Virus record (IMG/VR): IMGVR_UViG_3300032046_000010
Span: 1 to 64,000 of that record
Direction: 5' to 3' (one strand)
Length of the DNA: 64,000 nt
From: a virus
Of the stretch, positions 8,938 to 17,106 are shown piece by piece. How positions within the stretch are numbered: position 1 is the stretch's first letter; each line of letters starts with the position of its first letter. The position numbers were made by a program, and so were the translations under genes. Under the pieces are notes generated by a model that was not told the origin of the DNA, ran no database searches, and was given only the letters and a program-made list of their open reading frames with translations.

Positions 8938-9287
8938 CAGCCGCCCCTCCGCTTCCTGGGCTGCTTGTTGTGCGCCAGATACTGCTTCATGTTGAACCCG
9001 GCCGGGTAGATGCGGCGGGTCTTGATCAGGTTGTAGGCAGCGCACTCTTCCAAGCTCAGACCCAAAGCATCGGCCAGAGCGGCCGTGTACCACAGCACGT
9101 CACCCAGGACCTCCCGCATCAGGTCGGTGTCGCTCTTGTGGTTGTGGTCGCGGATGGACTTGGTGTGGTCCATCACCTTGACAGCCCGCACCACCAACCC
9201 CATCGCCAGCCCGGTCAACCCATCGAGCCAGTCAGCGTATGGCCGACATGTGCTGAGCGCCTCTTTCTGGAAGTCGTTGAGCTTCAT
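8937..9287 (-). CDS. MazG-like (all-alpha NTP pyrophosphohydrolase fold) protein with degenerate active site
   Basis: LGDVLWY...LGLSLEE...N..K...YPAGF pattern. Confidence 0.8.
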   Translation of the reverse strand: MKLNDFQKEALSTCRPYADWLDGLTGLAMGLVVRAVKVMDHTKSIRDHNHKSDTDLMREVLGDVLWYTAALADALGLSLEECAAYNLIKTRRIYPAGFNMKQYLAHNKQPRKRRGG

Positions 9288-9511
9288 GACGCCTCCCCGG
9301 CATCGGCCTGCTTGCTACGGCCAAACGCTTGCCACTCGATGGTGATGGTGTTGGACTCCCCCTCGACCCTGCGCCGGTCCAACCACGCCTGCGTGATCGC
9401 CAACGCCTCGACCGAAGTGCGAGCCCACATGACTGATCCGTCCGGCCGCACGACCGTCAGGCCGTCCCGGCGGCACTTGACGGTGAACCGGCCGTGGTGG
9501 TTGTTCTTCAT
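9284..9511 (-). CDS. hypothetical protein
   Basis: ATGA coupling at both ends. Confidence 0.65.
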   Translation of the reverse strand: MKNNHHGRFTVKCRRDGLTVVRPDGSVMWARTSVEALAITQAWLDRRRVEGESNTITIEWQAFGRSKQADAGEAS

Positions 9512-9753
9512 GGCTCCCACCTGTGCTCTTCCAGCAAAGCCGCCTGGAGGCTCTGCGACTCGCGCACGATGTCGGCGGTGTCCAACCATCCTGCGTTGTC
9601 CGTCCACAGTTCCCGGCCTTCCAGCCGGATGTTGGGCTCTCCCTCTTGCGTTTCCTGCGCCAGACCATCCGCGATGGACTGGACCACCGACAGCTGGAAG
9701 GTCAGTGCCTCATGAAGCTTGTTCAGCGCCTCCTGCGTCTTGGTTCCCATCAT
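9508..9753 (-). CDS. hypothetical protein
   Basis: Start MMGTKTQ; the longer upstream extension in the ORF track has AT-rich third positions. Confidence 0.7.
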   Translation of the reverse strand: MMGTKTQEALNKLHEALTFQLSVVQSIADGLAQETQEGEPNIRLEGRELWTDNAGWLDTADIVRESQSLQAALLEEHRWEP

Positions 9754-10052
9754 GCCACATCCTTCCCGGCTTCCATCGCCTCCATCGTCGCCCTCGCCCT
9801 CTTGTCGAGCCGCTTGCCAATGCGCTCGACCAGACTCGCATAGAGCGAACCCGGGACCAGCTTGTTCAGCTTGGCCTGGATCCTGTCGAAGTCCCGCGCC
9901 ACGTGGTTGAGCTGGTTGCCGGTCCAACGCTCCAGTCATCGCTCATCGGCCTGCGCCGTCCAGATGAGCTGGCTACAGAGTGCCGCATGAACGCGCGACA
10001 GTTTGCGGAGCGTTCCCATCATGTCAACCGCCTTGCTGATCTTGGGGTCCAT
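9750..10052 (-). pseudogene. ~100-codon gene interrupted by an in-frame TGA at 9936-9938 (pseudogene or readthrough)
   Basis: The frame stays GC3-rich after the TGA and ends in an ATGA overlap with the next gene. Confidence 0.6.
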
Positions 10053-10056
10053 CTTC

Positions 10057-10596
10057 CTACTCCACCACGAAAGCGCCCTTGGGGCCGACTCCGATGGCCT
10101 TGGGGAAGTGCGACTTGAGCAGCTTCCAGAGCGCCGGTCGCTGGACGCCCGGGACGATGTTGACCTTGCGTTCCTTGTCCCACCAGCGGCCCTGGATAGA
10201 CCGGAAGGCCATCGCAGCCGTCGCCGTGTAGGGGGTCTTGACGTGGATCCATTCCCGGCCGCTCGCCGGGTCCTTCATGACTTCGATGCGGATCGCTGAC
10301 ATCCGGTCCAACACCCGGTCGGCCAACTTGTCGAGGCCCAGCGCCCTCAGCTGCTCCGCTGCCGCCACCACGTCCAGCCCGGTCTGACGCGCCGCGATGT
10401 AGTACACCAGCCGGTTGGCTTCCCGGCGCACATCGTCCGTGATGTTCGGGTTGTCCACGCCGTACTTCACCCGACAGTCTGGGCCGATGCCCAGTTCCAC
10501 GCTCTTGGCATCCACCAGCGCGTGACCACAGCAAGCGCAGTGTGATGCCAACATCTTCGTCGCGGGCGCATTCTCATAGCTGCTATCGCTCATCAT
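10057..10596 (-). CDS. DUF6011-like zinc-ribbon protein
   Basis: CACCGHALVDAKSVELGIGPDC. Confidence 0.8.
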   Translation of the reverse strand: MMSDSSYENAPATKMLASHCACCGHALVDAKSVELGIGPDCRVKYGVDNPNITDDVRREANRLVYYIAARQTGLDVVAAAEQLRALGLDKLADRVLDRMSAIRIEVMKDPASGREWIHVKTPYTATAAMAFRSIQGRWWDKERKVNIVPGVQRPALWKLLKSHFPKAIGVGPKGAFVVE

Positions 10597-10607
10597 GTCC
10601 TCCTATC

Positions 10608-10829
10608 CTAGCGGGCCTGGTACACGCCGATGTACACCCACTCTCCGGCCGTCGCCGCCGGGTCAACGGAGCCTCGGATGGCCTGCTCACAAGCATCGAT
10701 GCTCTCCTGCGGGACGGAGTGATGTCGCATCGCCTTGAGTACCTTGCCCACCACCGTGTACACCGGGTCGCCCGGGTCCAGCTTCACAGTGATGCGGTTG
10801 AAGCGCGGCTCCATCGTCGTCATCGTCAT
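10608..10829 (-). CDS. hypothetical protein
   Basis: GGAGG RBS after promoter copy 3. Confidence 0.7.
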   Translation of the reverse strand: MTMTTMEPRFNRITVKLDPGDPVYTVVGKVLKAMRHHSVPQESIDACEQAIRGSVDPAATAGEWVYIGVYQAR

Positions 10830-10852
10830 CGTCGTCGCCTCCATGACCTACC

Positions 10853-10872
10853 AGTAAGCGAAAATCAGGCCG
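10853..10872 (-). promoter_or_regulatory. conserved promoter copy 3
   Basis: CGGCCTGATTTTCGCTTACT. Confidence 0.75.
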
Positions 10873-10878
10873 TTTGTC

Positions 10879-11202
10879 TCAAACCTGGTTCTCCAGCTCA
10901 ACTTCATGACGCAGCTTCGGGATCATGCGCTCCTTGAAGGTCGCCCAGACATCCTCGCTGACTGCTTCCCGCTCCGACTCGCCCAGAGCGTTCCAGTGGC
11001 CCCAACCCACGCTGGTCCAGAACGCCCGCAGCGCCGTCGCCTTGGTTTCCCGCGTGTCCAGGTCGCTCAGCAGGTCGGCCACCGTCGTGATGGAGCAAGC
11101 ATCCTCGCCATAGGACTCATCCATCCACTCGATGGTCTCATCGATCAGCGCCTTGGTCGCTCCCAGCTTCTCCAGGGTTGCCATCGTCTCAGCCTTCATC
11201 AC
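10879..11202 (-). CDS. hypothetical acidic protein
   Basis: GGAGG RBS, GTGA coupling. Confidence 0.75.
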   Translation of the reverse strand: MMKAETMATLEKLGATKALIDETIEWMDESYGEDACSITTVADLLSDLDTRETKATALRAFWTSVGWGHWNALGESEREAVSEDVWATFKERMIPKLRHEVELENQV

Positions 11203-11453
11203 GCCCTCCCAACCATCCCCAGGTCGGTCGCCCGGCGCACGATCCTGGCGTCGTATTCCGCAGCCATCCGGTCGAAGCGCACGGCCCGCTCCATCGAGGC
11301 TTCCTTGATTCCCTGGAACCGGGTCTCAGCGCCGCACTCGCTCGCCCAACGCCGCTCGCCCTGCGCCGCCGACCGGAGTGAACGCGCCTCGTGAGCGTAG
11401 CTACGGATGATCCAGTCCTGCTTTGCCGCCGCCCGCATCTCCGTCTTGGTCAT
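11199..11453 (-). CDS. hypothetical protein
   Basis: GGAGG RBS after promoter copy 4. Confidence 0.7.
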   Translation of the reverse strand: MTKTEMRAAAKQDWIIRSYAHEARSLRSAAQGERRWASECGAETRFQGIKEASMERAVRFDRMAAEYDARIVRRATDLGMVGRA

Positions 11454-11473
11454 CTTCGCCTCCATGGCTAGAC

Positions 11474-11493
11474 AGTAAGCGAAAATCATACCG
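11474..11493 (-). promoter_or_regulatory. conserved promoter copy 4
   Basis: CGGTATGATTTTCGCTTACT. Confidence 0.7.
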
Positions 11494-11540
11494 TTGTATG
11501 GATGCTGGAGAACAGCGATGGATATTATTGAACTTTGGTT

Positions 11541-11843
11541 TCAGCCGGTTGCTTTGTTGGTGGAACACAACTCGCAGAACCGCTCCCAAGCCTCCAACTT
11601 CCACTCATGTAGGATGCCCAGGATCGTTCCCCTCCGCTTGTACCGATGACGGCACCGCTCCGGCCCGTTGCTCTCATGCTCTGCCCGGAGCACGGCGTGG
11701 ACCTCCTGGAACGATGGCAGGCCTGCTCTGAAGTCCCGATAGCGGCACAGTTGCTCACAACCGTCGCAGCGAACGTGACGCCAGTAGTATGATCGCTCCA
11801 GCCCGCGCCGGAGCGCCGGATGGGCAGAGCGCCGGAGGCTCAT
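11541..11843 (-). CDS. hypothetical Cys-containing protein
   Basis: ATGA coupling; CDGC...CELC. Confidence 0.6.
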   Translation of the reverse strand: MSLRRSAHPALRRGLERSYYWRHVRCDGCEQLCRYRDFRAGLPSFQEVHAVLRAEHESNGPERCRHRYKRRGTILGILHEWKLEAWERFCELCSTNKATG

Positions 11844-12106
11844 ACCAGCTTGACGGTCTTGATGATGCTCCAGGGGATGTGATCGGCTTCATCCAGATCC
11901 AGCTTCAGCGCGATGGGCGTGTCCCACTCCATGCCCAACACCTTCATCGTGCGCCAGATGATCTCCGTGAGGATGCCGGACCTGTAGTGGCCGTCGTCGG
12001 TCTCCACCTCGATGCGCCGACCGATGAGCGCACTCAGGTCGATGCACCACACCAGCTGATCCTCCACCTTCATCGAGCTGGAACCCTTGATCTCCTTGGA
12101 CATCAC
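11840..12106 (-). CDS. small beta-barrel (Sm/SH3-like) hypothetical protein
   Basis: LIGRRIEVETDDG..RSGIL...IPWSIIKTVKL. Confidence 0.65.
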   Translation of the reverse strand: MMSKEIKGSSSMKVEDQLVWCIDLSALIGRRIEVETDDGHYRSGILTEIIWRTMKVLGMEWDTPIALKLDLDEADHIPWSIIKTVKLV

Positions 12107-12690
12107 TACCTCCGCGTGGACCGTCTCACGGTCCTTGTCGGCCGCTTGGCAGGCGGCTGGTTCCTGTTCGCGCTCCCGCTGGAACTTGCTTCATCCGCCG
12201 GAGCGGCCGGAGCCTCCGGCTTCGGCGGGTAGGCTTCCATCAACGACATCCTGGGACGGGTCCGGCCGGGAGCCGTCCCCAGCTTGGTGACCTTCACTTG
12301 GAACGCTGGTTGGCCACGCCGGTCCTGGGCTTCCCCGCTCAGGTCCAGCTTGGCCTCACCGCCGATGGCGATGTGCTGGCGATGGACGGAACGGGCCATC
12401 ATCAGGCAGCGTTTGAAGGCGATGTACGGTCCCTTCCTGATGCGTGTTGGGTCACGCTGCTTCGCCTTCACCATCGCCTTCACATCGGTGATCGGAACGG
12501 GCAGCTTTGGCAGCACGATGTTGTACAGCGCAATGTAGTCCACCGGTTGGGGAGGTGTGTAGGACGGCCGGACCATCTCCAACTGTGGCTCCGGCAGCGG
12601 CTCCGGCGGCACGTCCGGCTCCGCGTCCGGGGCCATTGCCTGACCCAACACGTCGTTCATCTCATAGAACCCAGCGTGGCTCCTATCCAT
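12106..12690 (-). CDS. hypothetical Pro-rich protein
   Basis: AGGAGGT RBS before MDRSH. Confidence 0.7.
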   Translation of the reverse strand: MDRSHAGFYEMNDVLGQAMAPDAEPDVPPEPLPEPQLEMVRPSYTPPQPVDYIALYNIVLPKLPVPITDVKAMVKAKQRDPTRIRKGPYIAFKRCLMMARSVHRQHIAIGGEAKLDLSGEAQDRRGQPAFQVKVTKLGTAPGRTRPRMSLMEAYPPKPEAPAAPADEASSSGSANRNQPPAKRPTRTVRRSTRR

Positions 12691-13111
12691 GTGGCACCTC
12701 CTGACTTGCCGCCTCCCGCAGAGACTGGCCCAGCTCCAGGTGGTGTTTCCAGTGTTGTTCCAGTCGGCTCTTGATGGTCCGGCTGACGCCATCCTTGATG
12801 CTGGCACAGTGCTCCCGTACCATCTGGAACCCCTCGCGCACGCCGTTCTCACGGATGAGCACCAACCGTTCCTGCGTCCAGCCTGCCATGATCATGATGG
12901 CTTCCGCGAACCCCAACGCCGTTGCTAGAGCATGGTACACGGTCGTGATGCGTGAGATGACTTCCGTGTTCCGGTCAGCAACTCCTACCAACCGCTTGAG
13001 ATCCAGACGGCTGGTGATGAGTTTGATGAGGTCCCGCTCGATGGCCGCACGATCCTGGTGGAGCCTGGTTGCCTGATCAGCTGTCATCTTGAGTGTCATC
13101 GTTCGCTCCAT
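12683..13111 (-). CDS. hypothetical helical protein
   Basis: Part of the coupled run. Confidence 0.7.
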   Translation of the reverse strand: MERTMTLKMTADQATRLHQDRAAIERDLIKLITSRLDLKRLVGVADRNTEVISRITTVYHALATALGFAEAIMIMAGWTQERLVLIRENGVREGFQMVREHCASIKDGVSRTIKSRLEQHWKHHLELGQSLREAASQEVPHG

Positions 13112-13454
13112 CCTGTTGCGTCACCTTGATGGCGGGCGCGTGTTCGACCTCCGCCCCACTCGTGGTCAGGTTGAGGTAGCGTGCCACACGGTACAGCCGG
13201 ACGCTCTGCCTGTCGTCGGCCAAGTGAAGCAGTCGGTCGCCGGGTAGCTCCCGCCTCCGTGTTACCACGTTGCCCCAGCCAATGAACTCGACCACCGCCA
13301 GCGCCTCCCGCTTCCCAACGACTCGCCCGGGCCAGCTGTACCACCACTTCCCTTCGTACTCAGGATGCTCAGTCATCACGAACATCCCGACATCGATGGC
13401 CTGTCCGTCCGCAAAACGGCACGGTGACTCAGGCCTGGGTTTGCGGAGCGGCAT
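13077..13454 (-). CDS. hypothetical protein (Tudor/SH3-like pattern)
   Basis: VGMFV...WPGRVV...VVEFIGWG. Confidence 0.6.
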   Translation of the reverse strand: MPLRKPRPESPCRFADGQAIDVGMFVMTEHPEYEGKWWYSWPGRVVGKREALAVVEFIGWGNVVTRRRELPGDRLLHLADDRQSVRLYRVARYLNLTTSGAEVEHAPAIKVTQQDGANDDTQDDS

Positions 13455-13464
13455 CGGTCCTATT

Positions 13465-14049
13465 CTAGCGGGTCGGTTGTGGTAAGTCCCTGAGTCTCGT
13501 TATCGAATCGCGCACATCCTCGCCGTTCAACTCCAATCCTACACATGTCCATCGAGGGTATTGCTGTCTTGCGAACATCTCCAGCTTCGGCCCGTCGAAC
13601 ATCCTATCCAGCCGCTTGTGGAATGCGTGAGTCTTGCGTGAGTGGGGCTTCAATGACCGGCCAACGAAGATGTTGCGCTGGTTGCGGACCTTGAGGAACC
13701 GCTTTGGGTTGCCTCTGACACCAACCAACGCCAGTTCGCCGCTGTAACGGAAGATGCGACCCATCCCGAAGTGTAGCAGGCCGTTCTTGGTAGTCTTGAC
13801 CCAGCCAGCCCATTGGACACACTTGAAGCCCCACGCCTTCATCACTGACAGTGCATCCTCCACGAACGGACCACCAACCCAAAGAAACAGCACAGCATCG
13901 TCGGCTGCGACACACGACACGCCGCATGACATGATGTCAGCGAGCGTCAGAGTGCTGTATTGGCTGTCGGCCCCACGCTTGACACTGGACATGGCCAGTT
14001 TGTCGTCGTACAGCCACGGAGGGTCGGCGCTGATGACGCGGAACTTCAT
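13465..14049 (-). CDS. MT-A70-family N6-adenine methyltransferase
   Basis: VISADPPW, LFLW, AWGF, HSRK, LEMFAR. Confidence 0.92.
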   Translation of the reverse strand: MKFRVISADPPWLYDDKLAMSSVKRGADSQYSTLTLADIMSCGVSCVAADDAVLFLWVGGPFVEDALSVMKAWGFKCVQWAGWVKTTKNGLLHFGMGRIFRYSGELALVGVRGNPKRFLKVRNQRNIFVGRSLKPHSRKTHAFHKRLDRMFDGPKLEMFARQQYPRWTCVGLELNGEDVRDSITRLRDLPQPTR

Positions 14050-14543
14050 TTGGCAGTCTTGGCCTTGGTGTTCGCGGCCGGAACCCGCAACCGCAGTTTG
14101 GAGTCCCAAAACGCTGCGGCAGCCTTGGCTCCGATGTACTTGTGAAGGTCCCGCTTGTGAACCAACGTCGGCTTCGCAGGGAAGGGAAGCAACCCCAGCT
14201 TGGCCCTGGCCACCATTGCTTGAGTCGCCTGTTCCCCCTCCGTCGTCGCCGGGATGAGCACCATCACTTCCTCACCATAGTCCTTGATGACCTGGACGAC
14301 AGGGTCGCCTTTGTCGGAGTGGTACACCACCGACATCCCCATCGGTAGCTCGCTGGGAAGCGCCTGCGTGAAGGTGAACATCCGCTTCCCATCGATGAGC
14401 CTGTTGCCCATCAGCACCACGAAGTCCTTGGGGTGTTTCACCCTCATGCCTTGATTGGTTCCCAGTTCCTTCAGAGGATGGCGCCGCTTCTGTCCCTCGC
14501 CATGACCCAGCTCCGATGCGCGCTTCACCAGGTTCCGTCCCAT
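14046..14543 (-). CDS. hypothetical protein
   Basis: GGAGG RBS; coupled. Confidence 0.7.
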   Translation of the reverse strand: MGRNLVKRASELGHGEGQKRRHPLKELGTNQGMRVKHPKDFVVLMGNRLIDGKRMFTFTQALPSELPMGMSVVYHSDKGDPVVQVIKDYGEEVMVLIPATTEGEQATQAMVARAKLGLLPFPAKPTLVHKRDLHKYIGAKAAAAFWDSKLRLRVPAANTKAKTAK

Positions 14544-14544
14544 C

Positions 14545-15111
14545 TCAGCCTCCCGCCAACTCCAAGGCCAGCTTCAAGTCGCTGACCAGATGCCCGTATT
14601 CTACGCTGCCGACACCGCCTTTCCGAAGTGCCGCTGAAGGATGATAGGTCGGCAGGATGGGTATCGTGATTCCATCGAGCACACAAGGCAGCGTCTGTCC
14701 CCGCATCCGGGTGACTCCATCCTGTCCAGTCAACAACTTGGTTGCCGTGTTACCCATGGATACGATGATCCTCGCCTCCAGCGCCTCGATCATCTTCACT
14801 ACTCGCGGCCGGCAAGCCTCGACCTCGACCGGCCGGGGTGGTCGGTTGTTGGGTGGCCGGCAACCCAACACGTTCATGATGTACCGCTCGCTGATGGTTC
14901 CGGCCTCGCCCTCCGCCTCCCTCAGCATGTTCCCGGCCGCTCCCCCAAACGGCCTGCCGATCAGGTCCTCAGTCCGGCCGGGAGCCTCGCCCATTAGGAC
15001 GATGCGAGGATGGTCACGACCTCGCCCGAACACAAAGCTGTTACGCACCTTCCAAAGCTCGCACCGCTGACACCCGTTCCACGCAGCGGCCAACATCTGG
15101 AGTCTAGTCAT
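14545..15111 (-). CDS. uracil-DNA glycosylase, family 4 (Fe-S type)
   Basis: CQRC, GEAPG, CRPPNNRPP, TYHPS. Confidence 0.92.
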   Translation of the reverse strand: MTRLQMLAAAWNGCQRCELWKVRNSFVFGRGRDHPRIVLMGEAPGRTEDLIGRPFGGAAGNMLREAEGEAGTISERYIMNVLGCRPPNNRPPRPVEVEACRPRVVKMIEALEARIIVSMGNTATKLLTGQDGVTRMRGQTLPCVLDGITIPILPTYHPSAALRKGGVGSVEYGHLVSDLKLALELAGG

Positions 15112-15382
15112 CGCCGTGTCTCCTGGTGAGACCGTCCAGGAACGGGAGGTCATCACGGTCGTCAATCTCAGCAAACGAACGGGTGGACGGCATCGTGAAC
15201 AGACCTGATCCCTTGACGGACGCGATGGGTTGGGACTCCTGCGACTTGATGGCGTGATGCATCTTCATGTTCTCTTTGCGCAGCTCCAAGAACAGCCGCT
15301 CCAGGCCAGCGTACTCACGCCGCCAGAAGCAGTCAAAGCATACGCGTGGCGGCTTCGCCGTCTGTTTGGTACGCTGTACCAC
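15104..15382 (-). CDS. hypothetical protein
   Basis: GGAG RBS; fills the gap. Confidence 0.55.
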   Translation of the reverse strand: MVQRTKQTAKPPRVCFDCFWRREYAGLERLFLELRKENMKMHHAIKSQESQPIASVKGSGLFTMPSTRSFAEIDDRDDLPFLDGLTRRHGDD

Positions 15383-15400
15383 GCTCCCCTCCCATCGCTC

Positions 15401-16342
15401 TCACCCACCCTTCAAGCGTAGCAGCTGTGCCAACCTCCCGGGCTGTGCCCATGAACGGAAGTCCAGGCTCATCATCTCCTTGACCAGCCGGTCCTTGTCC
15501 CAGCCCGTCATTGGTGTGAACCGGAGCGGCACGTTGGTACGGATGCGCGCCAGTTCGTACCACATCTTGAGCCGGTCATCGGCCAGTTGGCGCTCCAGCT
15601 CATCGTGGAACCGTTGCGGCAGGACCTCCATCGCTGTCCTGGCCACATGCTCAACCGTCAACGCTCCCGTCGCCTCCGCCGCGATCACGGCCTTGGCGGC
15701 TGTCTTCATCCCGATGCCTCGCACTCCTGGGATGCCGTCGCCATCGTCGCCAGCTAGCATCTTGGCGTACAGGAAGCCCTGCGGGCTGATGCCGTACTGC
15801 TCCATGATGGTGTTGGGCGACTCGATGTCGAACGCCCCGTGCTTGCCCGGCCGGATGATCTGGACGTTCTCATCGGCACACTGAAGCAAGTCCCGGTCGC
15901 CGGTGAACACGCCAACTCTCGCCCCGATGCGCTTCCATCGAGCCGCCAGTGTCCCCATCACATCGTCGGCTTCCCATCCCGGTGAGTGAACCTGTGGCAC
16001 GTTGAGTCCAGCCAGCAAATCACGCAGCCGGTCCTGCTGATCCCGCATGGAACGGATCAACTCCAGCCGGTCCAGCGGGATCTCGCCGTCACCGCCGCGA
16101 TGCTGCTTGTATCCTTCGAACATCCGCTGGCGTTCCAGCTTCCGGCCGTAGGAGTCCCAGCAGACCACGACATAGCCACCACCCTCGACCACCTGCGACT
16201 TGACACGGGTCACGATGATGAGGAACCCATAGATGGCACCGGTGTGGAACGTCTGCCCGTCCTGCTTTGCCGACAGGTCCTGGAAAGCATCTACAGCCCG
16301 CCAAAGGACATGTTTCCCGTCGATGAGCAGAACGTCCCGCAT
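15401..16342 (-). CDS. 5'-3' exonuclease / flap endonuclease (PolI N-terminal-like)
   Basis: LLIDG, EADD, TGDRDLLQ, GDDGDGIPGVRGIGMKTA. Confidence 0.93.
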   Translation of the reverse strand: MRDVLLIDGKHVLWRAVDAFQDLSAKQDGQTFHTGAIYGFLIIVTRVKSQVVEGGGYVVVCWDSYGRKLERQRMFEGYKQHRGGDGEIPLDRLELIRSMRDQQDRLRDLLAGLNVPQVHSPGWEADDVMGTLAARWKRIGARVGVFTGDRDLLQCADENVQIIRPGKHGAFDIESPNTIMEQYGISPQGFLYAKMLAGDDGDGIPGVRGIGMKTAAKAVIAAEATGALTVEHVARTAMEVLPQRFHDELERQLADDRLKMWYELARIRTNVPLRFTPMTGWDKDRLVKEMMSLDFRSWAQPGRLAQLLRLKGG

Positions 16343-17106
16343 CAGTCGGCTCCGGCTCCCCGGGCGGTCAACCACTCCCGGCCCAACAAGTTGACTGGGT
16401 GCGCCTTGGTCACTCGGTTGAACACCCTCACAGCATGTTCATCCAGGTCGGACATCAACAGGATGCCGCGCCTTAGCAAGACCTCGACTTGGACCATCAT
16501 CGCCACTGTGTAGGCTGCGGCCAGGTCCTCTGACACCGGGTAGGCGCTGCGCTTCTTGGTGGTTGTCGCGTTGAAGTGCCTGAAGTCCTGCCCCCACTTC
16601 TTGCGCACAGCCGCCTCGACCTCCAGCCCGGCGGCATCGCCGCGACCGGCCGCGAACAGCTTGACGCTGAGCGGGTCGTGAGGACGGACGGAGCGCCCGC
16701 GACAAAGCCAACGCGCCAGCCCTCCCAACTCACCATACTGGTACGCAGATGAGCTGACGGCTGTGAAAGCATAGTCCTCAATGCCCACGTGTTGGGCATC
16801 GGTGTTCCGCTTCAGGAACACGTTGAGGACGCGCCCCCACCAGACCAGCCGGTCAAAGGTGGTCCGGTCCCGCTCCTTGTACGGAGACTTGTACATCACA
16901 GCCTGGAACGGTAGCTCAGCCCTGGCAAGGCAGTTCTTGCGCTCCGTGGAGTACAGCGCATGGCGGATGTCGAACCCTCGGAGGCACACCAACGCGCCGT
17001 GGTTGAGGCTGAGGTCCATCCCGATGACGAGTGACCCGGGCAGCGCCCTGCCAAGCTCCTGCGCCCGCCTGCCAGCGATTGATAGCCAGTTGGTACTCTC
17101 GCTCAT
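16342..17106 (-). CDS. RuvC-like Holliday junction resolvase
   Basis: VIGMDLSL, GIED, VKLFAAGRGDA, EDLAAAY. Confidence 0.75.
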   Translation of the reverse strand: MSESTNWLSIAGRRAQELGRALPGSLVIGMDLSLNHGALVCLRGFDIRHALYSTERKNCLARAELPFQAVMYKSPYKERDRTTFDRLVWWGRVLNVFLKRNTDAQHVGIEDYAFTAVSSSAYQYGELGGLARWLCRGRSVRPHDPLSVKLFAAGRGDAAGLEVEAAVRKKWGQDFRHFNATTTKKRSAYPVSEDLAAAYTVAMMVQVEVLLRRGILLMSDLDEHAVRVFNRVTKAHPVNLLGREWLTARGAGAD

